From contig CAVWAA010000033.1 of the NCBI GenBank assembly GCA_963752805.1, forward strand, positions 10,505 through 74,504: a stretch of DNA of 64,000 nt. Direction: 5' to 3'. The first letter of the stretch is position 1. Every line of letters begins with the position of its first letter. The DNA is from Candidatus Binataceae bacterium (GTDB lineage: Bacteria; Desulfobacterota; Binatia; Binatales; Binataceae). The notes beneath the pieces were generated by a model. That model worked only from the letters and a program-made list of their open reading frames with translations. It ran no database searches and was not told the DNA's origin. Positions 29,792 to 39,490 of the stretch are shown here, in pieces. The position numbers were made by a program, and so were the translations under genes.

Positions 29792-30584
29792 GTAGCGGGT
29801 CGAAGCTGCTTAGCGCCGTTGCGCCTCGTGGCTGAAGTCTCGTCGAAGCGCGCGCTACAGCTTGCATTGGTTGGTTGCCGCTGGTCGATCTCGGCTCTCA
29901 CACCTGCTCAAACCTCGCTTCAAATGGAATCCAGCAGGGACAGCCCTGTCACTCCTGTTCGGCGCATTCTCAGTCCGGGCTCACAATGAGTGGGGAGGAC
30001 ACCGAACACATCGCAGTTCTCGCGGCTCGAAATGGATGGTCTTTCACAACGCGTAATGTTCCGTCAGCGCAACGAGATTCTGATGCGCAGTCTGGTTTCC
30101 AGTTATATAATCTCCAATCGACGGTTCTGGTACTCCATGTAACCAAATCGGCACATGTCCCGGTGGCTTATGCGGGTCACGCTTGATACCGTTGGAACGT
30201 CGGGATCGACATATGAATCGAGTCCGCAGTTGATCCAGCCCTAACGGTGGTCCTGTCGTACGCCTTCGACCACGTCCCGCTAGACCAACCCAAAGTGTGT
30301 GGAACCAAGGCTTAAGAGGCTTGTACCCATACCTCTAGGAACAGTTATTTGATCGTGCTCGTACTCTGGCTGCTCGGCGTGATTTGAGCATCAGCGGCGC
30401 CACGGCCGCAGTCCGATTGTTTGACATGTATGTTCGGTGAACCTTTCCGCACCGGACCTCGACATCACGCATGGATCGCGACAGCGAAGCGCTCAACCCG
30501 TGAGCAACGCGCTTTCAGAATAGGCCGGCAGGACGGATCGCAACTGAAACAGAGGCCGATCCGGAGTTGGTCAAGAGGCTCCAG

Positions 30585-31073
30585 ATGGAAATCAGATTTC
30601 AAAGAATTACGCGAAGGGCCGTAGCCCTGGCCTTAGCGCTCACTGCGATGTTCGTGACAGGCTGCGGTATTGGGAGCGTTCAATCACATCACGCAAGTCG
30701 CGCGACTGGCTATCACTCGCGATTGGCAGAGGGGTCGCGAGGGCAAAGCGAAGGGACGCGAGGGACACCGTTGGGACCGACGCACATAGTGACCTCGTCA
30801 TGGTACGGGCCGGGCTATGATGGGCATCGAACTGCCAGCGGTGAACGGTTCGATCCCAATGGCCTTACCGCCGCTTCGAAAACCCTACCGCTCGGATCAA
30901 GCGTGCGAGTGACCAACCTGAAGGACGGCCATTCGGCTCAAGTTAAAATCAACGACCGCGGTCCGGCGGTACGCGGCCGGAGTCTCGATCTGTCGCCCGC
31001 GGCGGCGCAGAAGATTGGCCTGACGAAAGGCGGGGTGGCTCGTGTATCGATCACTCCCGTGAGTGATCGATAG
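30585..31073 (+). CDS. rlpA: RlpA-family lipoprotein (DPBB domain, septal-ring lytic transglycosylase-like)
   Basis: Lipobox FVTGC; SWYGPGYDGHRTASGERFDPNGLTAASKTLPLGSSVRVTNLKDGHSAQVKINDRGP...LDLSPAAAQKIG. Confidence 0.85.
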   Translation: MEIRFQRITRRAVALALALTAMFVTGCGIGSVQSHHASRATGYHSRLAEGSRGQSEGTRGTPLGPTHIVTSSWYGPGYDGHRTASGERFDPNGLTAASKTLPLGSSVRVTNLKDGHSAQVKINDRGPAVRGRSLDLSPAAAQKIGLTKGGVARVSITPVSDR

Positions 31074-31549
31074 GGATCCTCCTCTTCCGCGAGTTCATCG
31101 GGCGATGCAGATGCAGCTGAGACTCTTACCGATTGAAGTTATATGGACCCGGCCCGTGCGCAATCATTGTAAATCGGCGGATGAGAGAATCCGGGCTGCA
31201 GTGATATATCCGGCTTTGAATCGGAGCATCGTTGCGCGCTCCGAGGCTCTGATGGAAATCCGCGCGCTTTCGCCTCATCACTTGGGTGTCCTCAAGCGGG
31301 CTGGAGCTTCAACACAGGTTTGAAAAGCGCCGGTCTGACCGGTTCGTCATCAGCGTGAAGAGTCATCGATATCGCGGCCTTGGCAGTGACCTCGGACTTG
31401 CTCAAAGCCGCTGGCGGCCCCGGAGCCGTGGTCCTCACACGTGTCCGGCCTGATGTTTGTTTCGCAAAGGGTAAGATTTGCAACATTGCGGAAATCCCCG
31501 TACATAAAGGGCTTGGCGTGTTGCAAATATCTAATGCAAAATAGAGGGC

Positions 31550-31998
31550 ATGAAATACGGCTATGCCCGCGTCTCGACCGACGACCAGACCCCTGCCGTG
31601 CAATTCGCGGCCTTGAAGAAGGCCAGATGCAAAACGGTATTCATGGACGACGGCCTGTCGGGAGCAACGACCAAGCGTCCTGCCCTGCCCTGCTCCGCTG
31701 CTTGAAGAAACTCCAATCCGGCGACACGCTCATCGTGTGGAAGCTGGACCGCCTGGGCCGCAGCTTGCGCGACCTGATAACCATGCTAGACGACCTGAAA
31801 CGCCAGGGTGTTAAATTCCGCTCGCTTACAGAGCACATCGACACCGACACGCCGACAGGTCGCGCCATGTGGCAAATGATCGGCCTACTGGCCGAACTTA
31901 GCGCAGCCTGATCAGCCGAACGCACCCGAGCGGGAGTGAAGTCCACGAAGCGGCGGGGCGTGAAATTTGGGTGCAAGCCGAGACTCACGCCGCCGTAG
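31550..31998 (+). pseudogene. serine recombinase (resolvase/invertase), frameshifted and lacking the C-terminal HTH
   Basis: MKYGYARVSTDDQTPAVQFAALKKA (catalytic Ser motif), then frame change to CLKKLQSGDTLIVWKLDRLGRSLRDLITMLDDLKRQGVKFRSLTEHIDTDTPTGRAMWQMIGLLAEL, another shift to ..ERTRAGVKSTKRRGVKFGCKPRLTPP*. Confidence 0.75.
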
Positions 31999-32157
31999 GA
32001 CGCGGTTCCCCCTGGGAACGCGCCCTGTTAAACGACGCCGGGAGAGATGATAATACTTAGAGTGACAATCGTATGACAGTCGCTATAACTAGAGGTATTA
32101 GGCCCTGCCGCGCATAGTGGGAGAGTTACCTAGACCAGCAATGGTGGACACACTGAA

Positions 32158-33560
32158 ATGTTCATAGAAGGATCAGTCTGGCGTCGCTGGGATCTCCATG
32201 TTCACACCCCGGAAACTATTCTCAACAATCAGTTTGGAGATTGGGACGAGTATATCGAGGCGATAGAAGCTCACCCGGACGTGAAGGTAATTGGTGTCAC
32301 CGATTACATGTCCATCGCGAATTACTCAAAGTTGAGAGTCTACAAAGCTCGCGGACGGATAGCCAACATTGACCTGTTAATTCCGAATATCGAATTTCGT
32401 ATCGCGTCACCGACGGATAAGGCAACTGCCGTCAACATTCATTTGCTCATCTCGCCAGACGATTCACAGCACGAGGAGGAGATAACGAACGCGCTAGCTC
32501 GGTTGGATTGGGAATATGATCGAAGGAAGTATTCTTGTCTGCCAGAACAGTTGAAGACGTTGGGGCACGCTTTTGATCGCAACATTAAGGACGACCGCGC
32601 AGCCCTTGCCGCTGGCGTTTCACAATTCAAAGTCGATTTCACGCGGTTTCGCGAGTGGTATAACGACGAACACTGGCTTCGGCGCAATTCTCTTGCGCTG
32701 TATCGGCGGGCGCGGACGGTCTTTCAAGCTTTCGCCGACGGAGCCTGGGCCCATCGTGATGAGATAACGCGATTCAGTCATATTTTGTTCTCCGGCCGCC
32801 CAGGTGAGCGTGAATTTTGGCTCGGGAGGGGATCGCCAGAAGATCGCGAGACAGTGATGAGGCTCGGCGGCCCAAAGCCCTGCGTACACGGCTCGGACGC
32901 TCATGATCTCGCCAAACTATTTTTGCCCGACGATGATCGGTTCTGTTGGATAAAGGGCTGATCCCATTTTCGAGGGCTTGAAGCAGGTGCTCTACGAGCC
33001 CGCCGACCGGGTTCACATAGGGCCAAGCCCGCCTATTTATCACGATGAGGCTCGCGTAATTCGTTCAGTGAAGCTATCAACGGGGGCCGGTTGGTTTGAT
33101 GAGACCTCCATACCGCTAAACGCCGGGCTTGTTTCGATCATAGGCCAGAAAGGCTCTGGAAAGTCTGCGCTGGCGGAGCTAATCGCCTTTGCGGCAGAGA
33201 GCTGGCACGAGGACAGTTCTGGCAGTTTTCTAAGGCGGGCTGGCGATCATCTACAGAAGTTCTCAGTCGAACTTGAGTGGGCAGATGGCAGACCCTTTTC
33301 TGTGGATCTGAGCAACGGTCAACCGGATACTGATGATGTTCGTTATTTGTCTCAGAAGTTGGTGGAACCTCTTTGCGCCGAGGACGAAATCGGAGGCGAA
33401 CTGATTCGTGAGATTGAGTCTGTGGTGTTTTCGTTCATCGATCCCACGGACACTTTGAATGCGTCGAGTTTTGAAGAACTACGGCTATCCGAACGGAAGG
33501 CATACGAGGGGAAGGAGATCGTTTGCGTGAGTATATCCACCAGCTGATCCGAGAGCCGGG
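32158..33560 (+). pseudogene. PHP-domain + P-loop (SMC/ABC-like) ATPase, 'Ppl/TrlF-like' defence-type gene; 1-nt indel and 3' truncation
   Basis: WRRWDLHVHTPETILN...IGVTDYMS (PHP); ..CVHGSDAHD..; ORF stops at TGA 32959-32961 but deleting T32959 gives CWIKGDPIFEGLKQVLYEPADRVHIGP, continuing into ORF 32978-33547 with Walker A IIGQKGSGKSALAELIAF. No Walker B/signature region before the sequence ends at about 33560. Confidence 0.7.
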
Positions 33561-35490
33561 ATAGAATTTTCGATTGGCTAAGGGCAGCCAGAAGCCCCGG
33601 CGATTAAGGTTGCGTACCCAATGCTTTACGCTGCCGGTCGTATCAAGAGCCTTCGCGCATTCATATTTCTCGCCCTTGTTTTTCAATTCGCCGACTGTGC
33701 CGTAATAATGTTCTGAAACTGGTGTGGGTGTCCCGCATAACTCCAGTGCGGCGCATAGCCAGTCGGTGTAAAGTCGAACTCGAAAGTAAAGCTGGTTTCC
33801 AAGGCGGCCTGTGCGCCGAACAGCGTTTGCTGGTATCGGTCGCTGCTCGCCTGTTCGCGATGCTGGTTCATTTTCTGCGCGAGCACCTTGGCTAGGATGA
33901 ATCTCCAGCGCACCAGGGCGGTAAGAGGCAAGGTGCGTTTCTCCGTCAGGTAGGCGAGCGCCCGACGCATATATTCTAGCAAAACCGGCTGCGTGATGTC
34001 CTGCTGGCGCACCTTGCGCTCAAGCCAACTGCACAACTGATTGCCCGCCCAGCCGTATCGACAAGATCAAGGTCGTGCTGCTCGGCCTTGCCAATAGCCT
34101 TTTCCGTGATTTTCCCCGCCACGCTCAGGTCAATTTCCCACTGCACTCCCGTTTCGGTCAGGCGAAACTCCGCCTCGGTGAGCTCGGGGGAGTAGTCCAG
34201 CAAACTCCAGCCGCTAGCGTCGAGCAGGGTTTCTTTTTCCGCAGGCTCAAGGTCTCCGTCGAACGTGAAACATAGCTGCGGTACAAGGAACGGTACGCCT
34301 CGCTGCGCCGGTGATACGTGGTTTTGCCATATCGCCCTATGCCGCCTCGCCTCGGCTTCAACGTTCTCCCGCAGTTGGTCGGAATGAACCACGGCGGTCA
34401 GTCGGTTAATGGTTTCTTCGGAGACGTTGCCGGTCAGGTTGACGCGGCTTCCCTCTTCGGTTTTCTCAACCGCTATCGCGGCTTCTTCCTCCGGGAGCGG
34501 GATGAAATCGCTGGTGATGTCCTCACTCAGTTCAATGACAGTCGGCGGCGGCGACGCGCGGAATAGCGTGCCGTCTGCGCTTCCTGGGAATGCCAACTTC
34601 GGCACTTTCTCGATGAATTGATCGGCTTCGTTGTCTTCAAAACCCATGTCCACAAGCCGGTCATGCTTGACGGCGTTCGGCCAGGAGGTGCGGGACACGT
34701 GGGGCGTAGGCGCGGTTAAGGTCGGCTTCCCTGCGTCGCCTGGCATAGGGCATGCGCAACACGCGCCCTAATATCTGCTCCACGTCCTTGTTGGAATGGA
34801 CGCTTGCAACGGAGCAAAAACACACGGGCGAATGAACAATCCCAACCCTCCTTGAGGGCCTCCACGGTGATTACAAAATTGATCTTGCAGTCGGGCGCAA
34901 AGAGGTTGATGCCGTCGAGTTCCTTCTGGTCGCCGGTCACGACGGCGATTTTCTCGCGGGGTATTTTCTCCTGATCCAGAAGGTAGGCCAGCAAAATCTC
35001 CTTGGTGGCTTCCTTCCCCTTTTCCCTCGGCCTGAAACAGGATAATCGGGCGGATATACTCGCTATCCCTGGCGGCAACGTCCTCTAGCCGCTGCCGGGT
35101 CAGAATACTGTCGCGCACGGCTTCTTCCCAACTTTTGTGTTCGATCAGGCGTATGGGAAGTTTGATCATCTCCTCCGCTTTCAGTTCCGTCGCCGATACG
35201 TTGTGCAGGACGTTACTGTCACCGGCAGGCGTCGCGGTGAACTCCACGACGCACGCGGCGTTCACGCGCTGCAATACTTCAAAACTCAAAGCCGACGTGT
35301 TGTTGTGCGCCTCATCGACGATCACCAGCGGAGGTGCAGCGCGAGCAAATTGCGGGAGGAAAACTTTATCTGGCCTTTGTCGTCGCCGTGCTCGATGCGC
35401 TCCATAGCGGGCGCATTGGCGGGCAGAGCGGTAAAATGCGGCTCGAGATTTTCATTGTGCGCGTAGACCTTGCGCCCGTCCGTATTAGTA
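33550..35490 (-). pseudogene. type-III-restriction Res-like DEAD/DEAH helicase with C-terminal nuclease-like region; N- and C-terminally truncated, several frameshifts
   Basis: LVIVDEAHNN (motif II), VVEFTATPAG (III), VITVEALKEGWDCSFA, VEQILGRVLRMPYA (VI) spread over ORFs 34768-35325, 34716-35078, 33976-34746, 33683-34036, 33435-33686; tail ELKNKGEKYECAKALDTTGSVKHWVRNLNRRGFWLPLANRKFYP then breaks. Walker A region is missing (replaced by ParE remnant at about 35490). Confidence 0.7.
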
Positions 35491-35751
35491 ACGCGCAGAG
35501 TCTGCATCGTTCCGACGATGACGCAAGCGCCCGATCTCGTATACAACGCCGAATAAAAACCTGTGCATGAGGCGCCGCCTAATCGTGCTACCCGCGAACA
35601 GAACACCAGCGTTCGTATGGGCAACGACGTCGGCCAGCGTGCGTTCGACCTGCCGGATGAAGTCTGCACCCAGGCCGGATGCGTGGGTTTCGTAGAACCT
35701 GGCCGCGGCGATTAATTCGCGTTCGGCCAAAGGATGGAAGACAAGGGTCAC
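35485..35751 (-). pseudogene. ParE/RelE-family toxin, copy 2, 3'-truncated and fused to helicase fragment
   Basis: MTLVFHPLAERELIAAARFYETHASGLGADFIRQVERTLADVVAHTNAGVLFAGSTIRRRLMHRFLFGVVYEI...; expected ..VIVGTMH.. continues in another frame and runs directly into helicase-derived sequence. Confidence 0.6.
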
Positions 35752-35862
35752 CGAAGCGCTGCACGCGCTTTCTTGATCACCTTCCCAGCAGGAACTCCCC
35801 TAACTTTGCCGCTTTTCAGCTTGACCGAGCAGCGCTCTATCTCGACGAGCCATTCTCGTTCG
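35557..35862. repeat. direct repeat copy 2 (ParE 5' part + antitoxin 3' half)
   Basis: See 24343-24645; same orientation, about 11.2 kb apart. Confidence 0.85.
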
Positions 35863-35978
35863 GCTTGCGGCTCTGCCGTCTCTTCGAGGCTCATTATTAG
35901 CCGCTCAGCCAGCCGCGCCCGTGAACGCGCCGGAAGCTTTAACGCGTCGTCCTCGATATTTTTGAGAGCGATGCGCAT
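35748..35978 (-). CDS. addiction-module antitoxin (TIGR02574-like), apparently intact
   Basis: MRIALKNIEDDALKLPARSRARLAERLIMSLEETAEPQAEREWLVEIERCSVKLKSGKVRGVPAGKVIKKARAALR; Met at 35978 in track ORF 35748-35996; stop overlaps toxin start. Confidence 0.65.
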   Translation of the reverse strand: MRIALKNIEDDALKLPARSRARLAERLIMSLEETAEPQAEREWLVEIERCSVKLKSGKVRGVPAGKVIKKARAALR

Positions 35979-36190
35979 CCCTCTACCCTGCATCAAATAT
36001 TCGACCTTTGAAATGATTGCTTCATTCGGCCCGGGGACGGCTGATTACTCACACTTCATTGTCTTATTGTCGGCGCTCGATCAGCACGTCGGCTATCCCA
36101 TCTGGAAGCTGCATCTAGAGGCAGGAAAGCAGTCTGAATCTAAAGCACAACTTGCAATAAGCGCCATCGACGCTTTGCGTCATAAATGCA

Positions 36191-36457
36191 TCAAGGATGC
36201 GGCTTTTTGTCCTTGAGCTTGAGGTGCGCTCGGTTGGATTTGATGAACTGGCGCAGTTCGTCGGTATGCGATAGGAGGTTCTCCCATTGCTCCAAGTAGA
36301 GAGTAACCGGAAACCGACCCAGCCCGTAGACCGAAACGGCACCCTTTTCTGAAACCTTGAACCTTAGCGCACCACCTTTCGCAATGTGCGCCTCAAGTTC
36401 GGCGATTCGCGCTGCCATCTGCTCCGGCGTTAGTTCGTTGTTCACATCATCCGTCAT
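36191..36457 (-). CDS. hypothetical protein (88 aa)
   Basis: MTDDVNNELTPEQMAARIAELEAHIAKGGALRFKVSEKGAVSVYGLGRFPVTLYLEQWENLL...; Met at 36457 inside track ORF 36191-36505; no recognised family. Confidence 0.45.
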   Translation of the reverse strand: MTDDVNNELTPEQMAARIAELEAHIAKGGALRFKVSEKGAVSVYGLGRFPVTLYLEQWENLLSHTDELRQFIKSNRAHLKLKDKKPHP

Positions 36458-36889
36458 CTGTTGTTCCTTAAGTCGGGAGTGTTGGGTGCCGCGCGGCTGC
36501 CACACCGCGTCGGACCCGGATCCATCGCGAGAAACCCGAATTCAAGCGCAACGGTCGCGGCGGCGAGCGCTGAGTAACGTGATGCCGGCGAGCGGCTTCC
36601 ATGCGAGCGCTTTTCGCATGCGCTGCCCGTTTTCTATCTGCTTCCGATACACTCTGGAGCGCTGTGTCGGGCACCCTGCCGTTTGTTCATTTGAGCACAT
36701 CAGCTGTTTTATGATCCCTACCGTGTGAAAAGGGCAGAGCAGAGCGACTGCGCATCGATGAATCTCGAGCGTTACTTATGTTCTTCATCGTGCTTGAGTG
36801 CGTGTTCTCTTCCGTTACTCCCTCAACGGCCCGCGTCGCCTGGATCCCACTCGCAACCTGCCCGCGCGGCTCAATAATCGCGGCACGAG

Positions 36890-38164
36890 TTATATCGCGC
36901 CGCGGCCCGCGAGGAGCTTTAGCTCGGCTTCGGTGATTCCCATCTGGTCGAGGACTTCGCGCGTGTGCTCGCCCAAACGCGGAGCGCCTCGTTCGAACCC
37001 GGTTAACGGCATGCTGCCGCCTGTCGCGAGCGACACCGGGTAATAGAGTGGGCGGCCCGCCGCGAGATCTTCGATGAACTCGAAAGTGCCTCGCGCTTGA
37101 AAATGTGGATCGGCGATATTCTCCTCAGGGACCCTGACACTGGCCCATAATAAGCCTTTGGCTTGCGCCCGATGAAACAGCTCTTCGGCGGTCATCGACG
37201 CGGCCAGCTGGTCGACTAGGCCGTTGAGATGAGAGTGGCCGGCTGAGGGTGAACGCTCACACAACTCGCGGTAAGTGTTGGAGTCAAGATCGTGCTCAAT
37301 TCCAACCTCGCTGAGCATCTCGCCAATCACCCTCGCCTCGTGACGGCTCCAGAACATGAATGCTTTAACGTAGCGGCCGTCTTTGGTGCGGCGAAGCCAC
37401 GGGCGCGTAGGATGCTCGGCTGCGTGGCGTCCGGTCTGCCTTTGCACGATTGCCTGATTATAGATGTAGCTCGGTATCGCTACTTCCGTGCAGTTGCTCA
37501 CCGCTTCGTGAATCGACAGGTCAATCAAATCGCCATTGCCCGTAAGCTCGCGAAAAAACAGAGCAGCGAAAATTGCCAGCACGGCGTGCTCGCACGCGAT
37601 GTGATTTGCCTGCCACATCGCCGGCGCGATAGGCGGCGTATCGTAAGTGCCGTCGGGGCGCGGATCATAGCCACACGACGCCATCACGCCGCCCATCGCA
37701 AGCTGGGTCAAATCGGTCATTTTGAAGTCGCGATAGGGGCCGTCGAGTCCAAAAGGAGTGATCGCGCAAACGATCAGCCGCGGATTCGATTTCTGCATCT
37801 CGCGGTAGAATTTCAGCCGCCTATCGACGTCATCTGCCTCGCCGGAATCGACGATGATGTCAGCACGATTGCCGAGTCGATTGTGCACGAGGCCGGCGGC
37901 CGGATGCTCGAATTCGAGGCTCACGCTCTTTTTTCCTAAGTTGTACCTCGAGAAGCAGAGACTTTGCTCAGGACCGAGTCCGGATTTTGTGAACGGTCCC
38001 ATGAAGCGTGAGTTTGAGCCGTGCTGTCCCTCGAGCTTGATCACCTCGGCGCCCAACATCGCTAAGAGCATTCCCGCGAATTCGCCGCGTTCATCGCCAG
38101 CTTCTATTACGACAGCTCCCGCAAGTGCCGAACTCAAAGACGCTTCGCTAATCAAATTACCCAA
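36890..38164 (-). CDS. family III CoA-transferase (CaiB/BaiF type)
   Basis: 424 aa; ..GAVVIEAGDERGEFAGMLLAMLGAEVIKLE N-terminal Rossmann motif; collinear with upstream paralog. Confidence 0.85.
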   Translation of the reverse strand: MGNLISEASLSSALAGAVVIEAGDERGEFAGMLLAMLGAEVIKLEGQHGSNSRFMGPFTKSGLGPEQSLCFSRYNLGKKSVSLEFEHPAAGLVHNRLGNRADIIVDSGEADDVDRRLKFYREMQKSNPRLIVCAITPFGLDGPYRDFKMTDLTQLAMGGVMASCGYDPRPDGTYDTPPIAPAMWQANHIACEHAVLAIFAALFFRELTGNGDLIDLSIHEAVSNCTEVAIPSYIYNQAIVQRQTGRHAAEHPTRPWLRRTKDGRYVKAFMFWSRHEARVIGEMLSEVGIEHDLDSNTYRELCERSPSAGHSHLNGLVDQLAASMTAEELFHRAQAKGLLWASVRVPEENIADPHFQARGTFEFIEDLAAGRPLYYPVSLATGGSMPLTGFERGAPRLGEHTREVLDQMGITEAELKLLAGRGAI

Positions 38165-39414
38165 TCCTCCTTAAGAGCTGCGATCTCCTCGGGTCTGAGT
38201 CCCAGCACTTCGCGATAGACATAATTGTTGTCCTCGCCGATTAACGGAGCGGCGCGGCCCGGCGGCCCACCGATGTCGATCGGCGTATTTTGAAATCTCG
38301 CTGGAAAGTCCTCAATGGGCCACGTCCCGATTTCGCTCTGCGGCATTGGTACGAAATAGCGGCGATGTTTGAGTTGCGGGTCGCGCTCACATCGATCGGC
38401 AGCATTCTGCACGAGACCAGCCGGAATCTGGCGGCGCTGCAAGCGTTGCATCAACTCGTAGCGATCCTGGTCCTGGGTAAACTCAGCCACCAACCGTTCC
38501 AATTCGTCTTCATCGGCTTTGCGTCCGGACGCGTGAGCAAACCGTGATGCACGCGCCCATTCGGGTGAGCCCATCTCATCCACTAACTGCGCCCATTGCT
38601 CGTCATTCTGAATAGCGATTGCGATCCATTGGTCAGCGCCGTGGCATCGAAAAGCACCATGGGGAGCCCATTGTGCAAATGGCATCCGGTTACCGTAGCG
38701 TTCAGTCGGTCTGCCACTAACTTGCGCTTCGAGAATGGCGGTGCCGGAAACCATCAGACCGGTTTCAGTCTGCGACAAATCTATATAACAGCCCTGTCCC
38801 GTCCGCCGGCGTTTCATCAGAGCAGCGAGCACGAATATCGCACCATAATAGCCCGTCGAATGGTCGAGATATGAATAACCCCAGCCGGCGGGAGGCACAG
38901 GCTCGGGCAACCCTGACATGTGGGTCAGTCCGGATAGGGCCTGAGCAGTTGGTCCGACACTCCGATAGGCTTTGTAGGTACCCGACTTGCCCATCCCGGT
39001 AATCTGCAAATAAATCAGCTCAGGATTGATCTGGCTCAGCACCGGATACCCAAGTCCCCAGCTCTCCATCTGCTCGGGACTATAGTTTTCACATATTACC
39101 GACGCCTTGGCGATCAGACGTTTGAACAGGTCGCGGCCTTGAGGAAGGCTCATGTTGAGCGTGATGCCGTACTTGCCGGCATTAAGATTATTGAACAAGC
39201 CGCTGCGATTCAGACTGTCGGGATCGCCCCCAGGGACGCTGGGTCGAATCATTCGCAGCATGTCGAGCGCGCGCTGGTCGTGCCATTCGACCCGGATCAC
39301 CTCCGCGCCCATCGTTGCGAGCATTCGCGTCGCGTTGGGGCCCGCGACAATTTTGGTCAAGTCGATTACGCGAATTCCTTCGAGCGGCCGCCGTTTGCCT
39401 GATTCCATCTTCAA
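38152..39414 (-). CDS. family III CoA-transferase (CaiB/BaiF type)
   Basis: 420 aa; LEGIRVIDLTKIVAGPNATRMLATMGAEVIRVE; 13-nt overlap with downstream paralog. Confidence 0.85.
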   Translation of the reverse strand: MKMESGKRRPLEGIRVIDLTKIVAGPNATRMLATMGAEVIRVEWHDQRALDMLRMIRPSVPGGDPDSLNRSGLFNNLNAGKYGITLNMSLPQGRDLFKRLIAKASVICENYSPEQMESWGLGYPVLSQINPELIYLQITGMGKSGTYKAYRSVGPTAQALSGLTHMSGLPEPVPPAGWGYSYLDHSTGYYGAIFVLAALMKRRRTGQGCYIDLSQTETGLMVSGTAILEAQVSGRPTERYGNRMPFAQWAPHGAFRCHGADQWIAIAIQNDEQWAQLVDEMGSPEWARASRFAHASGRKADEDELERLVAEFTQDQDRYELMQRLQRRQIPAGLVQNAADRCERDPQLKHRRYFVPMPQSEIGTWPIEDFPARFQNTPIDIGGPPGRAAPLIGEDNNYVYREVLGLRPEEIAALKEDWVI

Positions 39415-39490
39415 TTGCGCCTGCTTTTGAGCGTACTGCGAGCATTCATACCTGACAGCGTGCTGGTTTGAGCCGTGCGTTGATTGCTGA

